A stretch of DNA of 64,000 bases, from assembly GCA_964016885.1 (NCBI GenBank), contig OZ024744.1, positions 131,130,001 through 131,194,000 of the forward strand, written 5' to 3'. Shown piece by piece: positions 37,099-50,592 of the stretch. The position numbers and the translations under genes are program-made. Each line of letters starts with the position of its first letter. Position 1 is the first letter of the stretch. The notes beneath the pieces are model-generated. The model worked only from the letters and a program-made list of their open reading frames with translations. It did no database searches and was not told where the DNA came from. This DNA is from Eledone cirrhosa (taxonomy: Eukaryota).

Positions 37099-39844
37099 AG
37101 TCGGGGTTAAGTTAAGTTGGCGTTAAGTTAAGTTAGGCTTAACTTAAGTTGGGGTTCAGTTAAGTTGGGGGTAAGTTAAGTTGGGGGTAAGTTAAGTTGT
37201 GGTTAAGTTAAGTTGCGTTTAAGTTGGGGTTAAGTTAAGTTAGGGTTAAGTTAAGTTGGGGTTAAGTTAAGTTGGGGTTAATTTAAATTGGGGTTAAGTT
37301 AACTTTGTGGTTAAGTTAAGTTGGGGTTAAGTTAAGTTGGGGTTAAGTTAAGTTGGGGTTGAGTTAAGTTGGGGTTAAGTTAAGTTGGGGTTATGTTAAG
37401 TTGGGGTTAAGTTAAGTTGGGGTTAAGTTAAGTTGGGGCTAAGTTAAGTTGGGGCTGAGTTAAGTTGGGGTTAAGTTAAGTTGGGGTTAAGTTAAGTTTG
37501 GGATAAGTTAAGTTGGGGTTAAGTTAAGTTGGGGTTTATTTAAGTTGGGGTTAATTTAAGTTGGGGTTCAGTTAAGTTGGGGTTCAGTTAAGTTGGGGTT
37601 AAGTTAAGTTGGGGTTTATTTAAGTTGGGGTTAATTTAAGTCGGGGTTAAGTTAAGTCGGGGTTCAGTTAATATAGGGTTAAGTTAAGTTGGGGTTAAGT
37701 TAAATTGGGGTTGATTTAAGTTGGGGTTGAGTTAAGTTGGTGTTCAGTTAAGTTGGGGTTAAGTTAAGTTGGGGTTGATTTAAGTTGGGGTTGAGTTAAG
37801 TTGGTGTTCAGTTAAGTTGGGGTTAAGTTAAGTTGGGGTTAATTTAAGTTGCAGTTAAGTTAAGTTGAGGTTAAGTTAAGGTGGGGTTAAGTTAAGTTGG
37901 GGTTAGTTTAAGTTGGGGCTAAGCTAAGTTGGGGCTAAGTTAAGTTGGGGCTAAGTTAAGTTGGGGTTAAGTTAAGTTGGGGTATATTAAGTTGGGGTTA
38001 AGTTAAGTTGGGGTTAAGTTAAGTTGGGGTTAAGTTAAGTTGGGGCTGAGTTAAGTTGGGGCTGAGTTAAGTTGGGGCTGAGTTAAGTTGGGGTTAAGTT
38101 AAGTTGGGGTATATTAAGTTGGGGTTAAGTTAAGTTGGGGTTAAGTTAAGTTGGGGTTAAGTTAAGTTGGGGCTGAGTTAAGTTGGGGCTTAGTTAAGGT
38201 GGGGCTGAGTTAAGTTGGGGTTAAGATAAGTTGGGGTTGAGTTAAGTTGGGGTTAAGTTAAGTTGGGGTTAAGTTAAGTTGGGGTTAAGTTGGGGTTAAG
38301 TTAAGTTAGGTTTAAGTTAAGTTGGGTTTAAGTTAAGTTGGGGTTAAGTTAAGTTGGGGTTAAGTTAAGTTGGGTTTAAGTTAAGTTGGGGTTAATTTAA
38401 GTTGGGGATAAGTTAAGTCGGGGTTAAGTTAAGTTGGTGTTAAGTTAAGTTGGGGTTAAGTTAAGTTGGGGTTAAGTTAAGTTGGGGTTAAGTTAAGTTG
38501 GGGTTAAGTTAAGTTGAGGTTAAGTTAAGTTGGGGTTAAATTAAGTTGGGGTTAAGTTAAGTTGGGGTTAAGTTAAGTTGGGGTTAAGTTAAGTTGGGGA
38601 TATGTTAAGTTGGGGATGAGTTAAATTGGGGTTAAGTTAAGTTGGGTTTAAGTTAAGTTGGGGTTAAGTTAAGTTGGGGTTAAGTTAAGTTGGGGTTAAG
38701 TTAAGTTGGTTAGTTAAGTTGAGTTTAAGTTAAGTTGGGGTTAATTTAAATCGGGGTTAAGTTAAGTTAGGGTTAAGTTAAGTTGGGGTTGAGTTAAGTT
38801 GGGGTTGAGTTAAATTGGGGTTGAGTTAAGTTGGGGTTGAGTTAAGTTGGTGTTGAGTTAAGTTGGGGTTAAGTTAAGTTGGGGTTAAGTTAAGTTGTGG
38901 TTAAGTTAAGTTGAGGTTAAGTTAAGTTGGGGTTAAGTTAAGTTGGGGTTAATTTAAGTTGGGGCTAAGTTAAGTTGGGGCTAAGTTAAGTTGGGGTTAA
39001 GTTAAGTTGGGGTCAACTTAAGTTGGGGTTAAGTTAAGTTGGCGTTAAGTTAAGTTGGGGTTAAGTTAAGTTGGGGTTAAGTTAAGTTGGTGTTAAGTTA
39101 AGTTGGGGCTGAGTTAAGTTGGGGCTGAGTTAAGTTGGGGCTGAGTTAAGTTGGGGTTCAGTCAAGTTGGGGTTAAGTTAAGTTGGGGTTATTTTAAGTT
39201 GGGGTTTAGTTAAGTTGGGGTTCATTTAAGTTGGGGTTAAGTTAAGTTTGGGTTAAGTTGGGGTTAAATTAATTTGGGGTTAAATGAAGTTGGGGTTAAG
39301 TTAAGTTGGGGTTAAGTTAAGTTGGGGTTAATTTAAGTTGGGGTTAAGTTAAGTTGCGGGTAATTTAAGTTGGGGTTAAGTTAAGTTGGGGTTAAGTTAA
39401 TTTGGGGTTAAGTTGGGGTTAAGTTAAGTTGGGGTTTATTTAAGTTGGGGTTAAGTTAAGTTGGGGTTCAGTTAAGTTGGGGTTCAGTTAAGTTGGGGTT
39501 AAGTTAAGCTGGGGTTAAGATGGGGTTAAATTAAGTTGGGGTTAAGTTAAGTTGGTTAGTTAAGTTGAGGTTAAGTTAAGTTGGGCTTAAGTTAAGTTGG
39601 GGTTAATTTAAGTTGGGGTTAAGTTAAGTTGGGGTTAAGTTAAGTTGGGGTTAAGTCAAGTTGGGGTTAAGTTAAGTTGGGGTTGAGTTAAGTTGGGGTT
39701 GAGTGAAGTTGGGGTTAAGTTAAGTTGGGGTTAAGTTAAGTTGGGGTTAAGTTAAGTTGGGGTCAAGTTAAGTTAGGGTTAAGTTAAGTTGGGGTTAAGT
39801 TAAGTTGGCGTTAAGTTAATTTGTGGTTAAGTTAAGTTGGGGTT

Positions 39845-40044
39845 AACCCCAACTTAACTTAACCCCATTTTCACTCAAACCCAACTTAACTCAACCCCAA
39901 CTTAACTTAACCCCAGCTTCACTCAACCCCAACTTAACTTAACCCCAACTTCACTCAACCCCAACTTAACTCAACCCCAACTTAACTTAACCCCAACTTG
40001 ACTTAACCCCAACTTAACTTAACCCCAACTTAACTTAACCCCAA
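39845..40044 (-). repeat. Inverted satellite cassette 18 (200 bp, A1; copy of cassette 7)
   Basis: Offset 25759. Confidence 0.97.
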
Positions 40045-41386
40045 AGTCGGGGTTAAGTTAAGTTGGGGGTAAGTTAAGTTGGGATTAAGTTGGGGTTAAG
40101 TTAAGTTAGGGTTAAGTTAAGTTGGGGTTAAGTTAAGTTGGGGTTAAGTTGGGGTTAAATTAAGTTGGGGCTAAGTTAATTTGTGGTTAAGTTAAGTTGG
40201 GGTTAAGTTAAGTTGGGGTTAAGTTAAGTTGCGTTTAAGTTGGGGTTAAGTTAAGTTAGGGTTAAGTTAAGTTGGGGTTAAGTTAAGTTGGGGTTAATTT
40301 AAATTGGGGTTAAGTTAACTTTGTGGTTAAGTTAAGTTGGGGTTAAGTTAAGTTGGGGTTAAGTTGGGGTTAATTTAAGTTGGGGCTAAGTTAATTTGTG
40401 GTTAAGTTAAGTTGGGGTTAAGTTAAGTTGGGGTTAAGTTAAGTTGGGGTTGAGTTAAGTTGGGGTTGAGATAATTTGGGGTTAATTTAAGTTGGGGTTA
40501 AGTTAAGTTGGGTTTTAGTTAAGTTGGGGTTAAATTAAGTTGGGGTTAAATTAAGTTGGGGTTAAGTTAAGTTGGGGGTAAGTTAAGTTGGGGGCAAGTT
40601 AAGTTGGGGCTAAGTTAAGTTGGGGTTAAATTAAGTTGGGGTTACGTTAAGTTGGTGTTAAGTTAAGTTGGGGTTAATTTAAGTTGGGGTTAATTAAGTT
40701 GGGGTTAAGTTAAGTTGGGGTTAAGTTAAGTTGGGGTTTATTTAAGTTGGGGTTAAGTTAAGTTGGGGTTCAGTTAAGTTGGGGTTCAGTTAAGTTGGGG
40801 TTAAGTTAAGTTGGGGTTAAGATGGGGTTAAATTAAGTTGGGGTTAAGTTAAGTTGGGGTTAAGTTAAGTTGGGGTTAAGTTAAGTCGGGGTTAAGTTAA
40901 GTCGGGGTTAAGTTAAGTTAGGGTTGAGTTAAGTTGGGGTTAAGTTAAGTTGGGGTTGAGTTAAGTTGGGGTTGAGTTAAATTGGGGTTGAGTTAAGTTG
41001 GGGTTGAGTTAAGTTGGTGTTGAGTTAAGTTGCGGTTATGTTAAGTTGGGGTTAAGTTAAGTTGGGGTTAAGTTAAGTTGGGGCTAAGTTAAGTTGGGGC
41101 TGAGTTAAGTTGGGGTTAAGTTAAGTTGGGGTTAAGTTAAGTCGGGGTTAAGTTAAGTTGGGGTTAAGTTAAGTTGGGGTTAAGTTAAGTTGGGGTTAAG
41201 TTAAGTTGGGGTTAAGTTAAGTTGGGTTTAAGTAAAGTTGGGGTTAAGTTAAGTTGGGGTCAAGTTAAGTTTGGGTTAAGTTAAGTTGGTTAGTTAAGTT
41301 GAGTTTAAGTTAAGTTGGGGTTAATTTATGTTGGGGTTAAGTTAAGTTGGGGTTAAGTTAAGTTGGGGTTAAGTTAAGTTGGGGTT

Positions 41387-41586
41387 AACCCCAACTTAAC
41401 TTAACCCCAACTTCACTCAACCCCAACGTAACTCAACCCCAACTTAACTTAACCCCAACTTCACTCAACCCCAACTTAACTTAACCCCAACTTCACTCAA
41501 CCCCAACTTAAGTCAACCCCAACTTAACTTAACCCCAACTTGACTTAACCCCAACTTAACTTAGCACCAACTTAACTTAAGCCCAA
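41387..41586 (-). repeat. Inverted satellite cassette 19 (200 bp, B; copy of cassette 8)
   Basis: Offset 25759. Confidence 0.97.
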
Positions 41587-43279
41587 AGTCGGGGTTAAGT
41601 TAAGTTGGCGTTAAGTTAAGTTAGGCTTAACTTAAGTTGGGGTTCAGTTAAGTTGGGGGTAAGTTAAGTTGGGGGTAAGTTAAGTTGTGGTTAAGTTAAG
41701 TTGCGTTTAAGTTGGGGTTAAGTTAAGTTAGGGTTAAGTTAAGTTGGGGTTAAGTTAAGTTGGGGTTAATTTAAATTGGGGTTAAGTTAACTTTGTGGTT
41801 AAGTTAAGTTGGGGTTAAGTTAAGTTGGGGTTAAGTTAAGTTGGGGTTGAGTTAAGTTGAGGTTGAGTTAATTTGGGGTTAATTTAAGTTGGGGTTAAGT
41901 TAAGTTGGGTTTAAGTTAAGTTGGGGTTAAATTAAGTTGGGGTTAAATTAAGTTGGGGTTAAGTTAAGTTGGGGGTAAGTTAAGTTGGGGGCAAGTTAAG
42001 TTGGGGCTAAGTTAAGTTGGGGTTAAATTAAGTTGGGGTTACGTTAAGTTGGTGTTAAGTTAAGTTGGGGTTAATTTAAGTTGGGGTTAATTAAGTTGGG
42101 GTTAAGTTAAGTTGGGGTTAAGTTAAGTTGGGGTATATTTAAGTTGGGGTTAAGTTAAGTTGGGGTTCAGTTAAGTTGGGGTTCAGTTAAGTTGGGGTTC
42201 AGTTAAGTTGGGGTTAAGATGGGGTTAAATTAAGTTGGGGTTAAGTTAAGTTGGGGTTAAGTTAAGTTGGGGTTAAATTAAGTTGGGGTTAAGTTAAATC
42301 GGGGTTAAGTTAAGTCGGGGTTAAGTTAAGTTAGGGTTCAGTTAAGTTGGGGTTAAGTTAAGTTGGGGTTGAGTTAAGTTGGGGTTGAGTTAAATTGGGG
42401 TTGAGTTAAGTTGGGGTTGAGTTAAATTGGGGTTAAGTTAAGTTGGGGTTAAGTTAAGTTGGGGCTAAGTTAAGTTGGGGCTGAGTTAAGTTGGGGTTAA
42501 GTTAAGTTGGGGTTAAGTTAAGTTGGGGATAAGTTAAGTTGGGGTTAAGTTAAGTTGGGGTTTATTTAAGTTGGGGTTAATTTAAGTTGCAGTTAAGTTA
42601 AGTTGAGGTTAAGTTAAGGTGCGGTTAAGTTAAGTTGGGGTTAAGTTAAGTTGGGGCTAAGTTAAGTTGGGGCTAAGTTAAGTTGGGGCTAAGTTAAGTT
42701 GGGGTTAGGTTAAGTTGGGGTTAAGTTAAGTCGGGGTTAAGTTAAGTTGGCGTTAAGTTAAGTTGGGGTTAATTTAAGTTGGGGTTAAGTTAAGTTGGGG
42801 TTAATTTAAGTTGGGGTTAAGTTAAGTTGAGGGTAATTTAAGTTGGGGTTAAGTTAAGTTGGGGTTAAGTTAAGTTGGGGTTATGTTAAGTTGGGGTTAA
42901 GTTAAGTTGGGGTTGAGTAAAGTTTTGGCTAAGTTAAGTTGGGGCTGAGTTAAGTTGGGGTTAAGTTAAGTTGGGGTTAAGTTAAGTTGGGGATAAGTTA
43001 AGTTGGGGTTAAGTTAAGTTGGGGTTTATTTAAGTTGGGGTTAATTTAAGTTGGGGTTCAGTTAAGTTGGGGTTAAGTTAAGTTGGGGTTAAGTTAAGTT
43101 GGGGTTAAGTTAAGTTGGGGTTAAGTTAAGTTGGGTTTAAGTTAAGTTGGGGTTAAGTTAAGTTGGGGTCAAGTTAAGTTGGGGTTAAGTTAAGTTGGTT
43201 AGTTAAGTTGAGTTTAAGTTAAGTTGGGGTTAATTTATGTTGGGGTTAAGTTAAGTTGGGGTTAAGTTAAGTTGGGGTT

Positions 43280-43463
43280 AACCCCAACTTCACTCAACCC
43301 CAACGTAACTCAACCCCAACTTAACTTAACCCCAACTTCACTTAACCCCAACTTAACTTAACCCCAACTTCACTCAACCCCAACTTAAGTCAACCCCAAC
43401 TTAACTTAACCCCAACTTGACTTAACCCCAACTTAACTTAGCACCAACTTAACTTAAGCCCAA
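43280..43463 (-). repeat. Inverted satellite cassette 20 (184 bp, B; copy of cassette 9)
   Basis: Offset 25759; shares AAAGCCGGGG exit. Confidence 0.96.
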
Positions 43464-46440
43464 AGCCGGGGTTAAGTTAAGTTGGCGTTAAGTTAAGTTA
43501 GGCTTAACTTAAGTTGGGGTTCAGTTAAGTTGGGGGTAAGTTAAGTTGGGGGTAAGTTAAGTTGGGGTTAAGTTAAGTTGCGTTTAAGTTGGGGTTAAGT
43601 TAAGTTAGGGTTAAGTTAAGTTGGGGTTAAGTTAAGTTGGGGTTAATTTAAATTGGGGTTAAGTTAACTTTGTGGTTAAGTTAAGTTGGGGTTAAGTTAA
43701 GTTGGGGTTAAGTTGGGGTTAATTTAAGTTGGGGCTAAGTTAATTTGTGGTTAAGTTAAGTTGGGGTTAAGTTAAGTTGGGGTTAAGTTAAGTTGGGGTT
43801 GAGTTAAGTTGGGGTTGAGTTAATTTGGGGTTAAATTAAGTTGGGGTTAAGTTAAGTTGGGGGTAAGTTAAGTTGGGGCTAAGTTAAGTTGGGGTTAAAT
43901 TAAGTTGGGGTTACGTTAAGTTGGTGTTAAGTTAAGTTGGGGTTTATTTAAGTTGGGGTTAAGTTAAGTTGGGGTTCAGTTAAGTTGGGGTTAAGTTAAG
44001 TTGGGGTTAAGATGGGGTTAAATTAAGTTGGGGTTAAGTTAAGTTGGGGTTAAGTTGAGTTGGGGTTAAGTTAAGTTGGGGTTAAGTTAAGTCGGGGTTA
44101 AGTTAAGTTAGGGTTGAGTTAAGTTGGGGTTAAGTTAAGTTGGGGTTGAGTTAAGTTGGGGTTGAGTTAAATTGGTGTTGAGTTAAGTTGGGGTTAAGTT
44201 AAGTTGGGGTTAAGTTAAGTTGCAGTTAAGTTAAGTTGAGGTTAAGTTAAGGTGCGGTTAACTTAAGTTGGGGTTAAGTTAAGTTGGGGCTAAGTTAAGT
44301 TGGGGCTAAGTTAAGTTGGGGCTAAGTTACGTTGGGGTTAGGTTAAGTTGGGGTTAAGTTAAGTCGGGGTTAAGTTAAGTTGGCGTTAAGTTAAGTTGGG
44401 GTTAATTTAAGTTGGGGTTAGGTTAAGTTGGGGTTAATTTAAGTTGGGGTTAAGTTAAGTTGCGGGTAATTTAAGTTGGGGTTAAGTTAAGTTGGGGTTA
44501 AGTTAAGTTGGGGTTAAGTTAAGTTGGGGATAAGTTAAGTTGGGGTTAAGTTAAGTTGGGGTTTATTTAAGTTGGGGTTAATTTAAGTTGGGGTTCAGTT
44601 AAGTTGGGGTTCAGTTAAGTTGGGGTTAAGTTAAGTTGGGGTTTATTTAAGTTGGGGTTAATTTAAGTCGGGGTTAAGTTAAGTCGGGGTTAAGTTAAGA
44701 TAGGGTTAAGTTAAGTTGGGGTTAAGTTAAGTTGGGGTTGTGTTAAGTTGGGGTTGAGTTAAATTGGGGTTGAGTTAAGTTGGGGTTGAGTTAAGTTGGT
44801 GTTGAGTTAAGTTGGGGTTAAGTTAAGTTGGGGTTAATTTAAGTTGCAGTTAAGTTAAGTTGAGGTTAAGTTAAGGTGGGGTTAAGTTAAGTTGGGGTTA
44901 ATTTAAGTTGGGGCTAAGCTAAGTTGGGGCTAATTTAAGTTGGGGCTAAGTTAAGTTGGGGTTAAGTTAGGTTGGGGTATATTAAGTTGGGGTTAAGTTA
45001 AGTTGGGGTTAAGTTAAGTTGGGGTTAAATTAAGTTGGTGTTAAGTTAAGTTGGGGCTGAGTTAAGTTGGGGCTGAGTTAAGTTGGGGCTGAGTTAAGTT
45101 GGGGTTAAGATAAGTTGGGGTTGAGTTAAGTTGGGGTTAAGTTAAGTTGGGGTTAAGTTAAGTTGGGGTTAAGTTGGGGTTAAGTTAAGTTAGGTTTAAG
45201 TTAAGTTGGGTTTAAGTTAAGTTGGGGTTAAGTTAAGTTGGGGTTAAGTTAAGTTGGGTTTAAGTTAAGTTGGGGTTAAGTTAAGTTGGGGTTAAGTTAA
45301 GTCGGGGTTAAGTTAAGTTGGGTTTAAGTTAAGTTGGGGTTAAGTTAAGTTGGGGTTAAGTTAAGTTGGGGTTAAGTTAAGTTGGTTAGTTAAGTTGAGT
45401 TTAAGTTAAGTTGGGGTTAATTTAAGTCGGCGTTAAGTTAAGTTAGGGTTAAGTTAAGTTGGGGTTGAGTTAAGTTGGGGTTGAGTTAAATTGAGGTTGA
45501 GTTAAGTTGGGGTTGAGTTAAGTTGGTGTTGAGTTAAGTTGGGGTTAAGTTAAGTTGGGGTTAAGTTAAGTGGTGGTTAAGTTAAGTTGAGGTTAAGTTA
45601 AGTTGGGGTTAAGTTAAGTTGGGGTTAATTTAAGTTGGGGCTAAGTTAAGTTGGGGCTAAGTTAAGTTGGGGTTAAGTTAAGTTGGGGTCAACTTAAGTC
45701 GGGGTTAAGTTAAGTTGGTGTTAAGTTAAGTTGGGGTTGAGTTAAGTTGCGGTTAAGTTAAGTTGGGGTTAAGTTAAGTTGGGGTTATTTTAAGTTGGGG
45801 TTTAGTTAAGTTGGGGTTCATTTAAGTTGGGGTTCAGTTAAGTTTGGGTTAAGTTGGGGTTAAATTAATTTGGGGTTAAATGAAGTTGGGGTTAAGTTAA
45901 GTTGGGGTTAAGTTAAGTTGGGGTTAATTTAAGTTGGGGTTAAGTTAACTTGCGGGTAATTTAAGTTGGGGTTAAGTTAAGTTGGGGTTAAGTTAAGTTG
46001 GGGTTAAGTTAAGTTTGGGTTAAGTTAAGTTGGGGTTGAGTTAAATTGGGGTTAAGTTAAGTTGGGGTTAAGTTAAGTTGGGGTTTATTTAAGTTGGGGT
46101 TAAGTTAAGTTGGGGTTCACTTAAGTTGGGGTTCAGTTAAGTTGGGGTTAAGTTAAGTTGGGGTTAAGATGGGGTTAAATTAAGTTGGGGTTAAGTTAAG
46201 TTGGTTAGTTAAGTTGAGGTTAAGTTAAGTTGGGCTTAAGTTAAGTTGGGGTTAATTTAAGTTGGGGTTAAGTTAAGTTGGGGTTCAGTTAAGTTGGGGT
46301 TAAGTCAAGTTGGGGTTAAGTTGGGGTTAAATTAAGTTGGGGTTAAGTTAAGTTGGGGTCAAGTTAAGTTAGGGTTAAGTTAAGTTGGGGTTAAGTTAAG
46401 TTGGGGTTAAGTTAATTTGTGGTTAAGTTAAGTTGGGGTT

Positions 46441-46640
46441 AACCCCAACTTAACTTAACCCTAACTTCACTCAAACCCAACTTAACTCAACCCCAACTTA
46501 ACTTAACCCCAGCTTCACTCAACCCCAACTTAACTTAACCCCAACTTCACTCAACCCCAACTTAACTCAACCCCAACTTAACTTAACCCCAACTTGACTT
46601 AACCCCAACTTAACTTAACCCCAACTTAACTTAACCCCAA
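46441..46640 (-). repeat. Inverted satellite cassette 21 (200 bp, A2; copy of cassette 10)
   Basis: Offset 25759; shares AACCCTAAC. Confidence 0.97.
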
Positions 46641-49600
46641 AGTCGGGGTTAAGTTAAGTTGGGGGTAAGTTAAGTTGGGATTAAGTTAAGTTGCGGTTAA
46701 GTTGGGGTTAAGTTAAGTTGGGGTTAAGTTAAGTCGGGGTAAGTTAAGTCGGGGTTAAGTTAAGTTAGGGTTAAGTTAAGTTGGGGTTAAGTTAAAGTTG
46801 GGGTTGAGTTAAGTTGCGGTTGAGTTAAATTGGGGTTGAGTTAAGTTGGGGTTGAGTGAAGTTGGTGTTGAGTTAAGTTGGGGTTAAGTTAAGTTGGGGT
46901 TAAGTTATGTTGCGGTTAAGTTAAGTTGAGGTTAAGTTAAGTTGGGGTTAACTTAAGTGTGGGTTAAGTTAAGTTGGGGTTAAGTTAAGTTGGGGTTGAG
47001 TTAAGTTGGGGTTGAGTTAAATTGGGGTTGAGTTAAGTTGGGGTTGAGTTAAGTTGGGGTTAAGTTAAGTTGGGGTTAAGTTAAGTTGCGGTTAAGTTAA
47101 GTTGAGGTTAAGTTAAGTTGGGGTTAACTTAAGTGTGGGTTAAGTTAAGTTGGGGTTAAGTTAAGTTGGGGTTAAGTTAAGTTGGTGTTAAGTTAAGTTG
47201 GGGCTGAGTTAAGTTGGGGCTGAGTTAAGTTGGGGCTGAGTTAAGTTGGGGTTCAGTTAAGTTGGGGTTGAGTTAAGTTGCGGTTAAGTTAAGTTGGGGT
47301 TAAGTTAAGTTGGGGTTATGTTAAGTTGGGGTTAAGGTAGGTTGGGGTTAAGTTAAGTTGGGGTTGAGTTAAGTTGGGGTTGAGTTAAATTGGGGTTGAG
47401 TTAAGTTGGGGTTGAGTTAAGTTGGGGCTGAGTTAAGTTGGGGCTGAGTTAAGTTGGGGCTGAGTTAAGTTGGGGTTCAGTTAAGTTGGGGTTGAGTTAA
47501 GTTGCGCTTAAGTTAAGTTGGGGTTAAGTTAAGTTGGGGTTATGTTAAGTTGGGGTTTAGTTAAGTTGGGGTTCACTTAAGTTGGGGTTAAGTTAAGTTT
47601 AGGTTAAGTTGGGGTTAAATTAATTTGGGGTTAAGTTAAGTTGGGGTTAAGTTAAGTTGGGGTTAATTTAAGTTGGGGTTAATTTAAGTTGGGGTTAAGT
47701 TAAGTTGCGGGTAATTTAAGTTGGGGTTAAGTTAAGTTGGTGTTAAGTTAAGTTGGGGTTAAGTTAAGTTGGGGTTAAGTTAAGTTTGGGTTAAGTTAAG
47801 TTGGGGCTAATTTAAGTTGGGGCTGAGTTAAGTTGGGGTTAAGTTAAGTTGGGGTTAAGTTAATTTGGGGTTAAGTTGGGGTTAAGTTAAGTTGGGGTTT
47901 ATTTAAGTTGGGGTTAAGTTAAGTTGGGGTTCAGTTAAGTTGGGGTTCAGTTAAGTTGGGGTTAAGTTAAGTTGGGGTTAAGTTAAGTTGGTTAGTTAAG
48001 TTGAGGTTAAGTTAAGTTGGGGTTAAGTTAAGTTGGGGTTAAGTTAAGTTGGGGTTAATTTAAGTTAGGGTTAAGTTAAGTTGGGGTTAAGTTAAGTTGG
48101 GGTTATGTTAATTTGGGGTTAAGTTAGGTTGGGGTTAAGTTAAGTTGTGGCTAAGTTAAGTTGGGGCTGAGTTAAGTTGGGGTTAAGTTAAGTTGGGGTT
48201 AAGTTAAGTTGGGGATAAGTTAAGTTGGGGTTAAGTTAAGTTGTGGTTTATTTAAGTTGGGGTTAATTTAAGTTGGGGTTCAGTTAAGTTGGGGTTCAGT
48301 TAAGTTGGGGTTAAGTTAAGTTGGGGTTTATTTAAGTTGGGGTTAATTTAAGTCGGGGTTAAGTTAAGTCGGGGTTAAGTTAAGTTAGGGTTAAGTTAAG
48401 TTGGGGTTAAGTTAAGTTGGGGTTGTGTTAAGTTGGGGTTGAGTTAAATTGGGGTTGAGTTAAGTTGGGGTTGAGTTAAGTTGGTGTTGAGTTAAGTTGG
48501 GGTTAAGTTAAGTTGGGGTTAATTTAAGTTGCAGTTAAGTTAAGTTGAGGTTAAGTTAAGGTGGGGTTAAGTTAAGTTGGGGTTAATTTAAGTTGGGGCT
48601 AAGCTAAGTTGGGGCTAAGTTCAGTTGGGGCTAAGTTAAGTTGGGGTTAAGTTAAGTTGGGGTATATTAAGTTGGGGTTAAGTTAAGTTGGGGTTAAGTT
48701 AAGTTGGGGTTAAGTTAAGTTGGTGTTAAGTTAAGTTGGGGCTGAGTTAAGTTGGGGCTGAGTTAAGTTGGGGCTGAGTTAAGTTGGGGTTAAGATAAGT
48801 TGGGGTTGAGTTAAGTTGGGGTTAAGTTAAGTTGGGGTTAAGTTAAGTTGGGGTTAAGTTGGGGTTAAGTTAAGTTAGGTTTAAGTTAAGTTGGGTTTAA
48901 GTTAAGTTGGGGTTAAGTTAAGTTGGGGTTAAGTTAAGTTGGGTTTAAGTTAAGTTGGGGTTAAGTTAAGTTGGGGTTAAGTTAAGTCGGGGTTAAGTTA
49001 AGTTGGGGTTAAGTTAAGTTGGGGTTAAGTTAAGTTGGGGTTAAGTTAAGTTGGGGTTAAGTTAAGTTGGTGTTAAGTTAAGTTGAGGTTAAGTTAAGTT
49101 GGGGTTAAATTAAGTTGGGGTTAAGTTAAGTTGGGGTTAAGTTAAGTTGGGGTTAAGTTAAGTTGGGGATATGTTAAGTTGGGGATGAGTTAAGTTGGGG
49201 TTAAGTTAAGTTGGGTTTAAGTTAAGTTGGGGTTAAGTTAAGTTGGGGTTAAGTTAAGTTGGGGTTAAGTTAAGTTGGTTAGTTAAGTTGAGTTTAAGTT
49301 AAGTTGGGGTTAATTTAAGTCGGGGTTAAGTTAAGTTAGGGTTAAGTTGGGGTTGAGTTAAGTTGGGGTTGAGTTAAATTGGGGTTGAGTTAAGTTGGGG
49401 TTGAGTTAAGTTGGTGTTGAGTTAAGTTGGGGTTAAGTTAAGTTGGGGTTAAGTTAAGTTGTGGTTAAGTTAAGTTGAGGTTAAGCTAAGTTGGGGTTAA
49501 GTTAAGTTGGGGTTAATTTAAGTTGGGGCTAAGTTAAGTTGGGGCTAAGTTAAGTTGGGGTTAAGTTAAGTTGGGGTCAACTTAAGTTGGGGTTAAGTTA

Positions 49601-50392
49601 AGTTGGCGTTAAGTTAAGTTGGGGTTAAGTTAAGTTGGGGTTAAGTTAAGTTGGTGTTAAGTTAAGTTGGGGCTGAGTTAAGTTGGGGCTGAGTTAAGTT
49701 GGGGCTGAGTTAAGTTGGGGTTAAGTTAAGTTGGGGTTATTTTAAGTTGGGGTTTAGTTAAGTTGGGGTTCATTTAAGTTGGGGTTAAGTTAAGTTTGGG
49801 TTAAGTTGGGGTTAAATTAATTTGGGGTTAAATGAAGTTGGGGTTAAGTTAAGTTGGGGTTAAGTTAAGTTGGGGTTAATTTAAGTTGGGGTTAAGTTAA
49901 GTTGCGGGTAATTTAAGTTGGGGTTAAGTTAAGTTGGGGTTAAGTTAAGTTGGGGTTAATTTAAGTTTGGGTTAAGTTAAGTTGGGGTTAAGTTAATTTG
50001 GGGTTAAGTTAAGTTGGGGTTAAGTTAAGTTGGGGTTTATTTAAGTTGGGGTTAAGTTAAGTTGGGGTTCAGTTAAGTTGGGGTTCAGTTAAGTTGGGGT
50101 TAAGTTAAGTTGGGGTTAAGATGGGGTTAAATTAAGTTGGGGTTAAGTTAAGTTGGTTAGTTAAGTTGAGGTTAAGTTAAGTTGGGGTTAATTTAAGTTG
50201 GGGTTAAGTTAAGTTGGGCTTAACTTAAGTTGGGGTTAATTTAAGTTGGGGTTAAGTTAAGTTGGGGTTCAGTTAAGTTGGGGTTAAGTCAAGTTGGGGT
50301 TAAGTTGGGGTTAAATTAAGTTGGGGCTAAGTTAAGTTGGGGTCAAGTTAAGTAAGGGTTAAGTTAAGTTGGGGTTAAGTTAAGTTGGGGTT

Positions 50393-50592
50393 AACCCCAA
50401 CTTAACTTAACCCCAACTTCACTCAAACCCAACTTAACTCAACCCCAACTTAACTTAACCCCAGCTTCACTCAACCCCAACTTAACTTAACCCCAACTTC
50501 ACTCAACCCCAACTTAACTCAACCCCAACTTAACTTAACCCCAACTTGACTTAACCCCAACTTAACTTAACCCCAACTTAACTTAACCCAAA
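50393..50592 (-). repeat. Inverted satellite cassette 22 (200 bp, A2; copy of cassette 11)
   Basis: Offset 25759; shares CCCAAAAGTC exit. Confidence 0.97.
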